Made by a program: the position numbers and the translations under genes. DNA of 64,000 nucleotides from the sequence record ON529850.1; one strand, given 5' to 3'. Positions 17,383 to 26,285 of the stretch are shown here, in pieces; position 1 is the first letter of the stretch; every line of letters starts with the position of its first letter. The notes beneath the pieces are model-generated. The model saw nothing but the letters and a program-made list of their open reading frames with translations, made no database searches and had not been told where the DNA came from.

Positions 17383-17880
17383 ATGGCTATTGAAACCGAA
17401 CGACGCTTTCTTCTGACCGCCGCGCCGCCGCAGAGCGAGCTTCGCTCCGCCACAGTGCACCGGATCGACCAACGCTACCTCCACAATACAGGTGGATGGG
17501 CGATGCGAACACGCAAGACCACCTACCCGAACGGGTCCGTCTACCGACAGCTGACGCTGAAGCGACCGACCGGTGAAGTTGGATCGGCCGTCGAAATCGA
17601 GACGGTGATCAAGCCGGAGGTCTATGAAGAGCTGATCGCGGAAGCGGGGCTGCCGATCATCAAGAATCGGTTCCGCATCTCCAAGGGACCGCACACCTGG
17701 GAAGTCGATCAGTTCCTGAACAAGGACCTGGCCCCGTTGTGGATCGCCGAAGTCGAAGTGCGTTTTATGGCGGATCAGTTCGTCATCCCCGCGTGGGTGA
17801 ACGGCCCGGAAATCACGGGCGATCACCTTTATTCCAACGTCAACCTGGCGGCCCGGCTGACCACCGACGCGGTGATCTAA
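17383..17880 (+). CDS. CYTH domain protein
   Basis: IETERRF; IDQRYL; LTLK; EIE; WEVDQF; IAEVE; EITGD..YSN..L. Confidence 0.9.
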   Translation: MAIETERRFLLTAAPPQSELRSATVHRIDQRYLHNTGGWAMRTRKTTYPNGSVYRQLTLKRPTGEVGSAVEIETVIKPEVYEELIAEAGLPIIKNRFRISKGPHTWEVDQFLNKDLAPLWIAEVEVRFMADQFVIPAWVNGPEITGDHLYSNVNLAARLTTDAVI

Positions 17881-17886
17881 GGGCCA

Positions 17887-17944
17887 TCACTCGGAGCTGC
17901 GCTCCTCGTGCCCGGCTCCGCCGGCGGCACCTTCGGTCGGACCC
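17887..17944 (+). repeat. tri-hairpin dispersed repeat, copy 6
   Basis: near-identical to copy 1. Confidence 0.9.
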
Positions 17945-17975
17945 CTGACCGGAACAGCGTTTCGGATGAAAAGAC

Positions 17976-18167
17976 ATGAAGCTCTACCTCTTCCTCGCCG
18001 TCCTGGTCAGTCTGTTCGGCGCCGCAAAGGCGCGATGGACGTTCCGCCAGCTGCGTAATGACGGCCCCTATCAGGTCGAAGCCGCCATCTTGATCGGCAT
18101 CTACGCGATCGTGTCGATCGCCCTGTGTCTCGCCGTCCTTTTCGAGTGGAGCGCGTCGGCCGCCTAG
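17976..18167 (+). CDS. small membrane protein
   Basis: two hydrophobic segments. Confidence 0.7.
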   Translation: MKLYLFLAVLVSLFGAAKARWTFRQLRNDGPYQVEAAILIGIYAIVSIALCLAVLFEWSASAA

Positions 18168-18355
18168 ACCGAGGTGGTGCAGTGATCGCACGCCATCACG
18201 TAGGGGAGATTGAACGCCCCCACTTCGATGTGAAGGGCGACCTTCGTCCCATCGGTGAAACGGAACTCCACCTGGTTGCAGGCTGACGCATCGATCGCTT
18301 CGATCGTCTTGCCCACGAACCAGGCGGCGGCCTTGTTCAACGGCAGTTCCGACAT
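18164..18355 (-). CDS. hypothetical protein
   Basis: coupled ORF. Confidence 0.7.
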   Translation of the reverse strand: MSELPLNKAAAWFVGKTIEAIDASACNQVEFRFTDGTKVALHIEVGAFNLPYVMACDHCTTSV

Positions 18356-18618
18356 CAGCGGCGGATCACCTTGGTGGTGCGCACCGTGGCGCCCTTGAGG
18401 AAGCCCTGACAGACCACGCCCCTGACCCGCGAACCGCTCAGCGTGGTGGCTTCGAACTTGCGGGTGAAGCTGTCGTCTTCGCTACAACCGAAGATCGCCG
18501 GCCCGCTCAACTGGATGTCGCGCATCCCGTTGGCTTCCAGGGCGCCGCGCGCGGTGCGTTCGTTGACGGTGCAGCCCGACAGCAGCAGGGCGGCGGCGAT
18601 GATGGCGACTCGTTTCAT
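18355..18618 (-). CDS. putative lipoprotein
   Basis: lipobox LLLSGC; GCSEDDSF..F.A..GVVC. Confidence 0.8.
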   Translation of the reverse strand: MKRVAIIAAALLLSGCTVNERTARGALEANGMRDIQLSGPAIFGCSEDDSFTRKFEATTLSGSRVRGVVCQGFLKGATVRTTKVIRR

Positions 18619-18619
18619 A

Positions 18620-18970
18620 TCAGACAGTTCCTTGTGCGGTGGAGATCAGTTCGTCGAAGGCGGCGGCCGCTGTGGGTGTGAGCGCGTCGCGGCCGACCAT
18701 CAGCATGACGACGCCGCGCGCGTAGCCGACGAGGATGCTTTTCGCCTCGTCGGTCGAGGGCACAGCAGCGAAGGCGACGATCAGCGCGTCCAGGATCGCC
18801 TTGTGCTCTGCGACCATGCCGGTGAGGAGCCCGGCGGTGGCGTGCTTGGCGATATAGTCGACAATCGCCTGCTGCGAATCGAGATCGGGGGCGTCAAACA
18901 GGGCGAGCTGCGCCTTCACCGCCACTTGCAGGCGGTGGATGGTGTCGGTTCGCCGCGCGATGTCAGTCAC
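18620..18970 (-). CDS. hypothetical protein
   Basis: coupled ORF. Confidence 0.7.
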   Translation of the reverse strand: MTDIARRTDTIHRLQVAVKAQLALFDAPDLDSQQAIVDYIAKHATAGLLTGMVAEHKAILDALIVAFAAVPSTDEAKSILVGYARGVVMLMVGRDALTPTAAAAFDELISTAQGTV

Positions 18971-19157
18971 GAGTGATGCGCTCCATGAGTTCGAGGGATT
19001 GGGATCGCCCGAGGCGTCGGTGGCGGATGATTTCCACCGCCTCCACGTCCAGGACGATGGACAGGATGCGCTCCGCGCGATCCATGGCGGCGTCCAGGGT
19101 CGCGGCCGGCTCGCCGCGCTGGCGTTTGCCCTTCACGATGGTGTGGGTCTTGATCAC
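18963..19157 (-). CDS. hypothetical protein
   Basis: GTGA overlap with upstream stop. Confidence 0.65.
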   Translation of the reverse strand: MIKTHTIVKGKRQRGEPAATLDAAMDRAERILSIVLDVEAVEIIRHRRLGRSQSLELMERITRD

Positions 19158-19939
19158 GCCGCCTCGCCGTCGAGATAGACGTCGCGCGACTTCAGGATCG
19201 GCAGGGCGCCGCCCATGACGAACTCCGTGCGGTTGGCGACCCGATGGAGCGGCGGCATGTCGTCGACCACCATGACGGCGCGCGACATGACCGAGGGATT
19301 GCCGGCCCGAGGCATGGCGCCCCAACGCAGGTAGGTCCCCTGGCGGAACGACGCCGGATAGGCGTCGAAGTCCACGCCGCGCTCGGCGATCAAGTCCAGC
19401 ATCTGATCGCGGGTCTTGCGCTGCATTTCCTTGTGCGAGGCGACCGAACGGCACGCCATGGAGACGGCGTTGCGCTGGGCGTCCAGAGCGCGCCACAGGA
19501 TCATGTTGGCGGCCTCGTGGTCGTGCGGCAGCTGCAACACGCGGGCGTCGAACGCCGGCAGTCGGTCCTCAAAGGGAGCCCAGCCGCGAATCGCCTGCGC
19601 CATCTTCGCCGCCGCCATCGACGCCAGAACGCTGGTCAGCTTCTGGACCTTGCCCTCGAACATCACGCTGGAGGTGTGGTCTTCCGCCTTCCAGACCAGG
19701 CTGATTTCGTCGGATTGGGTGTAGGCGAAGCGTGCGCCGGTCTCGCGCATCAGGTGTTTCGCCACCGCGATCATGGCGTCGGTGAGCCTCTGATCGAACG
19801 GACGATCCATGCCTTTGGTGAACTTCGAGAACCCTTTGCCGTCGATCCTGGCGTAGATCGGCAGCGTCTGGAACAGGCGGTGATCGGTTTCACGGCGCTC
19901 ATACGCCTTCATCCGGTCGCCCAGGTCATCCTTCGACAT
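19154..19939 (-). CDS. thg1: tRNA(His) guanylyltransferase Thg1-like protein (3'-5' polymerase)
   Basis: DRMKAYE; ARIDGKGFSKFT; YTQSDEISL; FDARV; WRALDAQRNAV. Confidence 0.92.
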   Translation of the reverse strand: MSKDDLGDRMKAYERRETDHRLFQTLPIYARIDGKGFSKFTKGMDRPFDQRLTDAMIAVAKHLMRETGARFAYTQSDEISLVWKAEDHTSSVMFEGKVQKLTSVLASMAAAKMAQAIRGWAPFEDRLPAFDARVLQLPHDHEAANMILWRALDAQRNAVSMACRSVASHKEMQRKTRDQMLDLIAERGVDFDAYPASFRQGTYLRWGAMPRAGNPSVMSRAVMVVDDMPPLHRVANRTEFVMGGALPILKSRDVYLDGEAA

Positions 19940-19985
19940 GAATCCTCCTTCTTTCCCTTCCCATAGGAGAGGAACGACGACAGTG

Positions 19986-20294
19986 TCAAGCCGGAGTGAC
20001 GGGATTCCTGAACTCTTCCTTCAGCGTGTAGAGGCGAAGAATGCGTGCGCGCCCGTTGCTGTCGTGGCCGTGCATCCGGCTGATCTGAAAGCGAGCGTCA
20101 CGCGCCAGGTAGGAAGCCGCGACTTGAGCCCGATTGAGGGGATGCGGATTCATCCCCTTCCACAGGTTGATCGGCGGTTCGACGAAGAAGGCGTCGTTCA
20201 TCCAGCCATCCATCACGCAGACGCTCCAGCAGACCCCGCCGCCCTGCTCGACCATCAAGGCGATCATGGCGTCCCCGACGCGGTTGGTCTTCAC
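19986..20294 (-). CDS. hypothetical protein
   Basis: coupled ORF. Confidence 0.7.
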   Translation of the reverse strand: MKTNRVGDAMIALMVEQGGGVCWSVCVMDGWMNDAFFVEPPINLWKGMNPHPLNRAQVAASYLARDARFQISRMHGHDSNGRARILRLYTLKEEFRNPVTPA

Positions 20295-20959
20295 CAGACG
20301 TCTTCCGAGAAGAGTTTGCCCGGAACCGTCATCTTTTCGGCGCGCACCTGACCGGCGGCGATCGCCACTTCAGCGGCGCGTTCGCGGGTGGCGAACGACC
20401 CGTCCGACAGGAGGAAACCTTGATCGCTCCCGGCGGGGTATTCGTCCGAACCGCGCAGGTGGTGGATCGCGAAGAGATTGGCGTGACGCGCCGGCGGAGG
20501 CGCACTGACGATGACGTCCACCGCGCGTTCGTCACCCTGGGCCGTCTCCGGCGTGAACCGGACGATATGGGCGGCGGCGACGACCCGCAGCACGGGTTGA
20601 CGCTGCTTGAGCTCCGCCAGCAGGGCCAGCACCTTCAGAGGATCGCTATGTCGGTCGAACTCGGATTTCAGCTGGCGGCGCCGGCGGTCGTCGTCCGAGG
20701 CCAGCAGCATCTCGGCGATGCGGGTCTCGGCCGTGTCGGCGTTCGGGCGGTAGTCACGAAGCGCCCGTGCGGCCGCCTCCAAATCCGCGAAGGCTTCGTC
20801 GCCGATCAGGTCCTTGGCGATCTCGTCCGCCGTGCGTTCGGCGATCTGTTGACCTTCCCAATAGTCCCAGACCTTGGAGGTTTTGGAAATCTCAAAGCCG
20901 TTGAAAACGGCGTCCAGGATGAGGCTGCGCAGGCGGTGCGTCGACATCGGGGTTGTCAT
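20291..20959 (-). CDS. conserved phage hypothetical protein
   Basis: C-terminal QGFLLSDGSF..RERA..AGQ..LFSEDVW motif. Confidence 0.8.
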   Translation of the reverse strand: MTTPMSTHRLRSLILDAVFNGFEISKTSKVWDYWEGQQIAERTADEIAKDLIGDEAFADLEAAARALRDYRPNADTAETRIAEMLLASDDDRRRRQLKSEFDRHSDPLKVLALLAELKQRQPVLRVVAAAHIVRFTPETAQGDERAVDVIVSAPPPARHANLFAIHHLRGSDEYPAGSDQGFLLSDGSFATRERAAEVAIAAGQVRAEKMTVPGKLFSEDVW

Positions 20960-21543
20960 CAGGCGGCCTTTTTATCGGTAGCGAAATCATCCAGCGCATC
21001 GCGCAGGCGCTGGCCGGGGTTGTCGTCGGAATCCATCAGATGCGGGACGATGGACGGACCATGCTTCTCCAGATACGACATCACGGTCATCGCCTCCCGC
21101 GCGATCCGGGTGAGCTGTCGCGACGCCTGGCCGAAGGATTCGCCCCAGCGCAGCGCCTGGGCCTGTTCTTCAAGTCGGACCCGCCAGGCCTGGTCGCGAT
21201 CCTGTTTAACGAACGCCAGAACCGCTTTCAGGCCGAGAATTTCATCCAGCAGAGGACCGCAGGACGCCTCATTCGCGGCATTAGCCGCCTCCACCAGCTT
21301 TGTGCGGCGCGTGCTGGGCGGATAGTGCTTCATCCACGGTTCCAGCGCCTCGGCGGTCGCCGTCAACCGATCGCCGCACGCCTTGGCGGTGTCGGGCGTC
21401 GTGTCCGGCTCGTCGGCGATCAGCCGCAGGATGTCCTCCGCCAGCAACGCGGCCGTCGCCTGGGCGCCCTCCGGGGCCGTCTTATGCGGATGGTCATACA
21501 TGCCGCTGAGGATGAGATCGGTGATCTTGGCGTGAAGGGTCAT
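20959..21543 (-). CDS. hypothetical protein
   Basis: coupled ORF. Confidence 0.75.
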   Translation of the reverse strand: MTLHAKITDLILSGMYDHPHKTAPEGAQATAALLAEDILRLIADEPDTTPDTAKACGDRLTATAEALEPWMKHYPPSTRRTKLVEAANAANEASCGPLLDEILGLKAVLAFVKQDRDQAWRVRLEEQAQALRWGESFGQASRQLTRIAREAMTVMSYLEKHGPSIVPHLMDSDDNPGQRLRDALDDFATDKKAA

Positions 21544-21971
21544 TTATTTTCCCTATAGGTTTGCATGACTTCGCGAGCGCGGCGCAGGTCTGACCACCGG
21601 ATTTCCTCGCGTAACCCTCTGACGATGATTTCACCGAAAGAGCCCTCGCTCTCCGGGAACAGGTCGGCCTTTTCAGCATAGAGCGCGAAGGGGTATAGGG
21701 CACCGGCGAGGACGCGCATGGATTCCACGGACAGGTCGGCCCGACGCCGCCAGACCTTATAGGCGCCTTCATTCTCCGCCGATTCCCGACGCAGGGCGCC
21801 GATCAGATCGTGGTTTACGCGATTGACCTGTTGGGCGGCGTCGAGTTCGGCCTGGAGGCGTTCGACCATGGCGGCCGCCTGCGCCATCAGGATGATGCGC
21901 TCCTGGTGGACGGAATCGAGGTTCGCGTCCTTCGCCATATTGGCGCGCAACATGGCGGGCAGATCAACCAT
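21540..21971 (-). CDS. hypothetical coiled-coil protein
   Basis: coupled ORF. Confidence 0.75.
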   Translation of the reverse strand: MVDLPAMLRANMAKDANLDSVHQERIILMAQAAAMVERLQAELDAAQQVNRVNHDLIGALRRESAENEGAYKVWRRRADLSVESMRVLAGALYPFALYAEKADLFPESEGSFGEIIVRGLREEIRWSDLRRAREVMQTYRENK

Positions 21972-22341
21972 GGTTGACCACCGCCAGGATCAGGCCGTCT
22001 TCATCGTCCGGAACCTCGGTGTGGTCGCGTCGCGTCCGCCGCGCCGCGATCATCGCCAGCATTTGCGATAGAACCGCCATCTGGTGAGCGATGTCCTGTT
22101 CGTCGTATTCGCCCATTTCATCGACTTCGTCGTTCTTCCAGCACACCCGATAGGCGTCCTGGGGAACCGCACGGTTGTCGACGCGGACGCAGCCGCCGCA
22201 CACGAAGCTGAAGGGTTCGATGTCGCCGGCTTCCAGGCGTTCCCAGTCCTCGTCGGTCTCGATCGGCGGCAGCGCCTCGACGGCGTGCATCGGGGTGCAG
22301 TCCGTGCGCTTGCGCCAGCAGTTCGGAGGGGACATCAACAT
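21964..22341 (-). CDS. hypothetical protein
   Basis: coupled ORF. Confidence 0.75.
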   Translation of the reverse strand: MLMSPPNCWRKRTDCTPMHAVEALPPIETDEDWERLEAGDIEPFSFVCGGCVRVDNRAVPQDAYRVCWKNDEVDEMGEYDEQDIAHQMAVLSQMLAMIAARRTRRDHTEVPDDEDGLILAVVNHG

Positions 22342-22862
22342 CAGGGTTTGATCTCTTGCTTGGTCAGGAAGGCTTCGATTTCGGCCGTCCAGGGATTGTC
22401 GGCGCCCTTCTTGTTCAGCAGGGCGAGTTGATCTCCAGCGCTGTAGAGGATGGAGCCCGCTTCATGCAGGGCGACATCCAGCGCCACCAGCCCGTGTAAT
22501 ATTGTTGTCAGTTCATTTTGGCCGAGAAGGGCGCCCGCCCTTTGGAAGCCGGCGCGTTCCCAGGTGCTGAAATGCAGCTGCTCCAGGATAGCGTAGGCGT
22601 CTTTGGCCTGCTCCCGCGCCGCCCTAGACGGATCATAGGACGGTTCCGGCAGGGTGTATCGGACCTGCCGCGCGCCCTTGCCGCCGAACAGCTGCGCGAA
22701 GTGTTTCGCACAGACATAGGCGGTCAGGTTGTGGCGATTGCGCAGCGGGTCGTCGTAAGGAATTTCTTCCCCGACTTTACGCACGGCCGGCGCACCGCAG
22801 CACGCGCAGCGCTCCCCGCGACACGTCACGCTGATGAAGGGTTGCTGGGCAGAGTTGTTCAC
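22341..22862 (-). CDS. hypothetical protein with Cys cluster
   Basis: CRGERCACC..YVCAKHF. Confidence 0.75.
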   Translation of the reverse strand: MNNSAQQPFISVTCRGERCACCGAPAVRKVGEEIPYDDPLRNRHNLTAYVCAKHFAQLFGGKGARQVRYTLPEPSYDPSRAAREQAKDAYAILEQLHFSTWERAGFQRAGALLGQNELTTILHGLVALDVALHEAGSILYSAGDQLALLNKKGADNPWTAEIEAFLTKQEIKP

Positions 22863-23044
22863 GACGGCGCCTCAAGGCGTTGCAGGGTCTTGTAGCGACG
22901 ACGCAAGGCCGCCGCGACTTCCGTGTAGAATTCGACATCGCTGGAAGCGATCTCGGCTTCGTGGCGGTAGTAGGCGTCGCGACCTTTGCGCTTCGCCTCT
23001 TCCAGGCGCGCCAGGGTGATCGCGTAGAGGCGGTGAACCTTCAA
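22859..23044 (-). CDS. hypothetical protein
   Basis: GTGA overlaps. Confidence 0.7.
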   Translation of the reverse strand: MKVHRLYAITLARLEEAKRKGRDAYYRHEAEIASSDVEFYTEVAAALRRRYKTLQRLEAPS

Positions 23045-23634
23045 GGGGTGATCTCCGCCAGGACCGCCTTGCGGTAGGCGATGAACGACGCGATGACCAG
23101 CGCCAGGGCTTCGGTCGGAGCGTGACCAACGCCGTCCAGCTGCCCATACACCCTGGCTTCAGCCGGCGTGGCGGACGGTTCGTCATCGAACTCGATCACC
23201 CGCATGTAGAGGCCCGGAACGATTCGGATCGCCAAGGCGATCGCCGCGTCCACCGAAGCGGTGAACTGCGGGATGCTCTGGTCCAACTTGCTGCCCGCCA
23301 TGAAGGGCGGCCACAGGTCCGTCGCCGTCTTCCACGGTTCGGGAAGGTCGAGAATCTCCGCGATCCGCCAATCCAGCGTGCGCACCGGGCCTTTGGCCTT
23401 GTGAAGGTCCTTCAGAAGGACGTCGATCCGTGCGACCGCTTTGGGCGGATTGTCGTGGAGACGCTTGATCTTCTCGGCGCAGTCCTGGCAGCGGAGCGAC
23501 CGCTTCGCCGCGATATGGCCCGACCCGCAATCATGACATTGACTGACGTAGTCGCCGGGCGCCCAACCATAGCCGATCAGCGCGCGCGGATCGTCCACCG
23601 GCCGGGGTTCTTTGCAATCCTTCAGCGCGATCAT
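23041..23634 (-). CDS. hypothetical protein, Zn ribbon plus phage ABA-sandwich-like segment
   Basis: CHDC..CQDC; PQFTASVDAAIAL. Confidence 0.7.
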   Translation of the reverse strand: MIALKDCKEPRPVDDPRALIGYGWAPGDYVSQCHDCGSGHIAAKRSLRCQDCAEKIKRLHDNPPKAVARIDVLLKDLHKAKGPVRTLDWRIAEILDLPEPWKTATDLWPPFMAGSKLDQSIPQFTASVDAAIALAIRIVPGLYMRVIEFDDEPSATPAEARVYGQLDGVGHAPTEALALVIASFIAYRKAVLAEITP

Positions 23635-23930
23635 TTCGGGTCTTCCCAGGCTTCAGCGCCGCACAGACAGACCCCCTCATTACCGGGGCCGCCGTCGCAG
23701 ATGCGGCAGATACGAGTGTCAGGCTTTACGACAGTCGTGTGTTTTTGGCAACCCGGACAGACGTCCTCGCCGTCGATGCGTTTCCAACCCTGACGCTTGG
23801 CTTCGTCACGCGCCGTCTTGATCGAGCCGCCCCGAGGATTGTCGTTGCGGTCCGACCAGCAGACGAAACCGAACACATCCTCCGGAGAGGGCGTCCGGCG
23901 ATCGCACATGACCTCGACGTAGAGGCTCAT
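23631..23930 (-). CDS. Cys-rich hypothetical protein
   Basis: multiple CxxC. Confidence 0.7.
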   Translation of the reverse strand: MSLYVEVMCDRRTPSPEDVFGFVCWSDRNDNPRGGSIKTARDEAKRQGWKRIDGEDVCPGCQKHTTVVKPDTRICRICDGGPGNEGVCLCGAEAWEDPK

Positions 23931-24811
23931 GTCGCCTGCGCCGAGCCCTTGGCGCGCTCGTTGAAGCCGATGCGATTGAACAGGTCGATCAGGCAGGATC
24001 GGCCGGACCCCACGTCGGTCTTCATCAGCAGGGCGCGGATGTCTGCATCCGGAATCGCCTCCACCAGACTATCGTAGGTATAGGCGCTGTCGCCGAGGGC
24101 GGCGGCCGCCTGGGCGATCATGGCGTCGAGCTGCCCGACGATACGAACGCCGTGGTCGTTGACGCCTTCTTCGTAGGGCGTCCCGATCGGAGACCCGTGC
24201 TTCTGCGTCAGGTAGAGCACGCGGCTGCGTACCAGTCCCAGGACCTGGGCGATCAACACACGCTGACCGCTCAACGCCAGCACCAGGTCTTCTACCTTGG
24301 CGACGATGTCGTCGCACCATTCCGGCGAGCCCTTGTTGGCGGCCAGGAGGAGCGGTTCGATCTCGGTGAGCGCGCGATATTCCGGCGACATCTGGACCTG
24401 CGCCACGACCGATTCGAAGTCTTTGAACGGGTCCTCGTCCGCCGCCGACGGCCGGAGGGCCGCCCCCGCCATGTCGCAGGCGCGTTCAGCCGCCTCGCGG
24501 AACTTTTCATCGCGACTGTCGCACCGGGCGATCCACAGCTTGTCCTGACATTCGCGCAGCGCGGCTTCCAGCGCATCGATTCGCGACTTGCTGTCGTCGA
24601 TCACGCTGGCGTCGTGGACATAGAGCAGAGCGGCTTTCCAGCCCTGGCGCGCCGCGTAGGTCTGTCCGTCCATGAACAGGTAATGGTTGGGATGTTCCGT
24701 CAGGTCATAGTTGTTCTTGCCGGCCCATTTTTCGAACTGAACCTCTTCTCCTTGGCAGTTGCTGAGGATGGACGGATTGAAGGCTCTGCGGGTGTCTTTA
24801 CCGAGGGGCAT
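23927..24811 (-). CDS. hypothetical protein
   Basis: SD AAGGAG before MPLGK. Confidence 0.75.
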   Translation of the reverse strand: MPLGKDTRRAFNPSILSNCQGEEVQFEKWAGKNNYDLTEHPNHYLFMDGQTYAARQGWKAALLYVHDASVIDDSKSRIDALEAALRECQDKLWIARCDSRDEKFREAAERACDMAGAALRPSAADEDPFKDFESVVAQVQMSPEYRALTEIEPLLLAANKGSPEWCDDIVAKVEDLVLALSGQRVLIAQVLGLVRSRVLYLTQKHGSPIGTPYEEGVNDHGVRIVGQLDAMIAQAAAALGDSAYTYDSLVEAIPDADIRALLMKTDVGSGRSCLIDLFNRIGFNERAKGSAQAT

Positions 24812-24827
24812 GAATATCTCCTTCGAA

Positions 24828-25271
24828 TCAGATGTGCGGGGCGGTTTTGATTTTCGCCAGCAGCTCACCGGCGATCACATAGATGTTGTGCGAACTGCGC
24901 TGGGCGCCGTCGGCGCCCGTTTGCCGCCCCAGGTCGATCTGGGTCTCCGCCCGCTGGATCAGGTTCTGCGTCCCCAGGCGATGACGCGGGGGCAGGGCGT
25001 TGGCTTTTTCGGTGGCGACGTCCGAGCGGAAGCCGGCGCGGATGAGCGATTGGGCCACACCCAGCCGGGTCAGGAAGCCGCGCTCGTAATCCTGCATGAC
25101 GCGTTGTTCCGCCCAGGTGAGGTTGATCACCTCAGGCGCGCGGACGCATGCCGACATGGCGGTGAAGATGGCGGCGAAATGCGCCCGCCAGGACGGCTCC
25201 CACGCTTCGGCGACTTCCTCCGCCATGGCTTCAGAAGCGGCGTCCAGCATGTCTTCAGTGATGTCGGTCAA
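24828..25271 (-). CDS. hypothetical protein
   Basis: TTG start, SD GGAGG, after boxed promoter. Confidence 0.75.
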   Translation of the reverse strand: MTDITEDMLDAASEAMAEEVAEAWEPSWRAHFAAIFTAMSACVRAPEVINLTWAEQRVMQDYERGFLTRLGVAQSLIRAGFRSDVATEKANALPPRHRLGTQNLIQRAETQIDLGRQTGADGAQRSSHNIYVIAGELLAKIKTAPHI

Positions 25272-25299
25272 GAGCGTCCTCCGTGTTGTTCACGGGTGT

Positions 25300-25325
25300 T
25301 GTAAAGGAACGCTATCCGCTGTCAA
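25300..25325 (-). promoter_or_regulatory. boxed phage promoter
   Basis: TTGACA-N8-CGTTCCTTTACA. Confidence 0.8.
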
Positions 25326-25328
25326 CCC

Positions 25329-25795
25329 AAAATAAAGAGGCCCGAGCAGTTTCCTGATCGGGCCTCAAGGCGCCGGCGTGAACCGACGCTGCGCCTACCG
25401 TGAGGGGGATCACGGCGACGAAACCTGCTCCTGGGAGTTGAACCCGGCTTTCAGGCGACAAGCCCAAGTGACGTTGATTCGTCTCTCAGGGGGCAGACCA
25501 CGGCGAACCGTAGAAGGCGCCCCTGATAGTCGCCATACAGGTAAAATGGGCTTCCCGTATCAGGCGCTCGTAAGCCCCTGATCCGCCGACCGCGTGAAAA
25601 CGCGGCCACCGCCCCTCTCGACACTTTGCGGCGCCAGAGCCTATCCCCTGAGGGGTCCGCATGGATAGCGCGGTAGCCAGGCGACCCGCCGAAGCGCTGT
25701 CGTTACTCCCAGCCTATTCCTCTGATCTTCCCAAGCCCGTGTGCCGGCCAAGAGATCGACGAGGCCGGGAAACCCCGCCCCGTCGATGGCTCCTT
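25329..25795 (-). ncRNA. candidate large structured RNA (~450 nt)
   Basis: no minus-strand ORF in the track; at least 8 hairpins plus long-range GGGCTT/AAGCCC and GTCGCC/GGCGAC pairs; T-loop-like GGGTTCAACTCCC; ends in terminator GAGGCCCGA..TCGGGCCTC-TTTATTTT. Confidence 0.6.
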
Positions 25796-25849
25796 CTCCC
25801 ACACTTCCATCAGGGTGTCAACGGTCGTTGTGATTTTTGTCAAAAATCT

Positions 25850-25945
25850 TCAGGACGAAACCGACAGAAGAATCGGAAGCCCGACGCCGATGAACAGCGC
25901 CAGGAAAATGACGAAGGAAGTGAGAAATCTCGACAGGGTGCGCAT
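25850..25945 (-). CDS. 31-aa hydrophobic peptide
   Basis: MRTLSRFLTSFVIFLALFIGVGLPILLSVSS; TTGACG upstream; weak SD. Confidence 0.5.
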   Translation of the reverse strand: MRTLSRFLTSFVIFLALFIGVGLPILLSVSS

Positions 25946-25989
25946 ACGCCCACGCTTATCATTCGAGGGGACCGCGTCAAGGCGAATCG

Positions 25990-26085
25990 AAAAGGGCTCC
26001 CGCTTGATCAGCCGGGAGCCCTCCGAATGAGCGCGGATGCCAGCCCGCCACGACCGATGGCACGGAAGACACCCGTTTCGGCCGG
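25990..26085 (-). ncRNA. candidate ~95-nt small RNA
   Basis: TTGACG-N17-CATACT (26120..26092); hairpins; terminator GGGCTCCCG..CGGGAGCCC-TTTT. Confidence 0.6.
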
Positions 26086-26126
26086 ATGTTCAGTATGCCC
26101 TGTCGTGTTTGCCGCGTCAAGAACGC

Positions 26127-26285
26127 AAAAGCCCCCGGCGCGTGGGGCGCCGGGGGCCTGCACGCCCACCGAAGGGCGACACGGCCGTCTGTTAGGACCT
26201 ACTCCACGCGGCGGGTGTGCGCGGTTTCAATCCAGGCGCTGCTCTATAGGAGGTTACCAGCAACGGAGGTGAGCAGCACGACCGG
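26127..26285 (-). ncRNA. candidate ~160-nt small RNA with anti-SD loop
   Basis: TTGACA-N17-CATTGT (26320..26292); stem GCTGCTC/GAGCAGC whose loop holds CACCTCC and ACCTCCT; terminator 26157..26127. Confidence 0.65.

Noticed and set aside
25425-25455. Similarity to RNase P 3' motif (GAACCCGGCTT, plus strand) or tmRNA T-arm (minus strand)
   Set aside because: No GAGGAAAGTCC P4 partner, no 3' CCA acceptor end and no tag reading frame; treated as an unclassified RNA.
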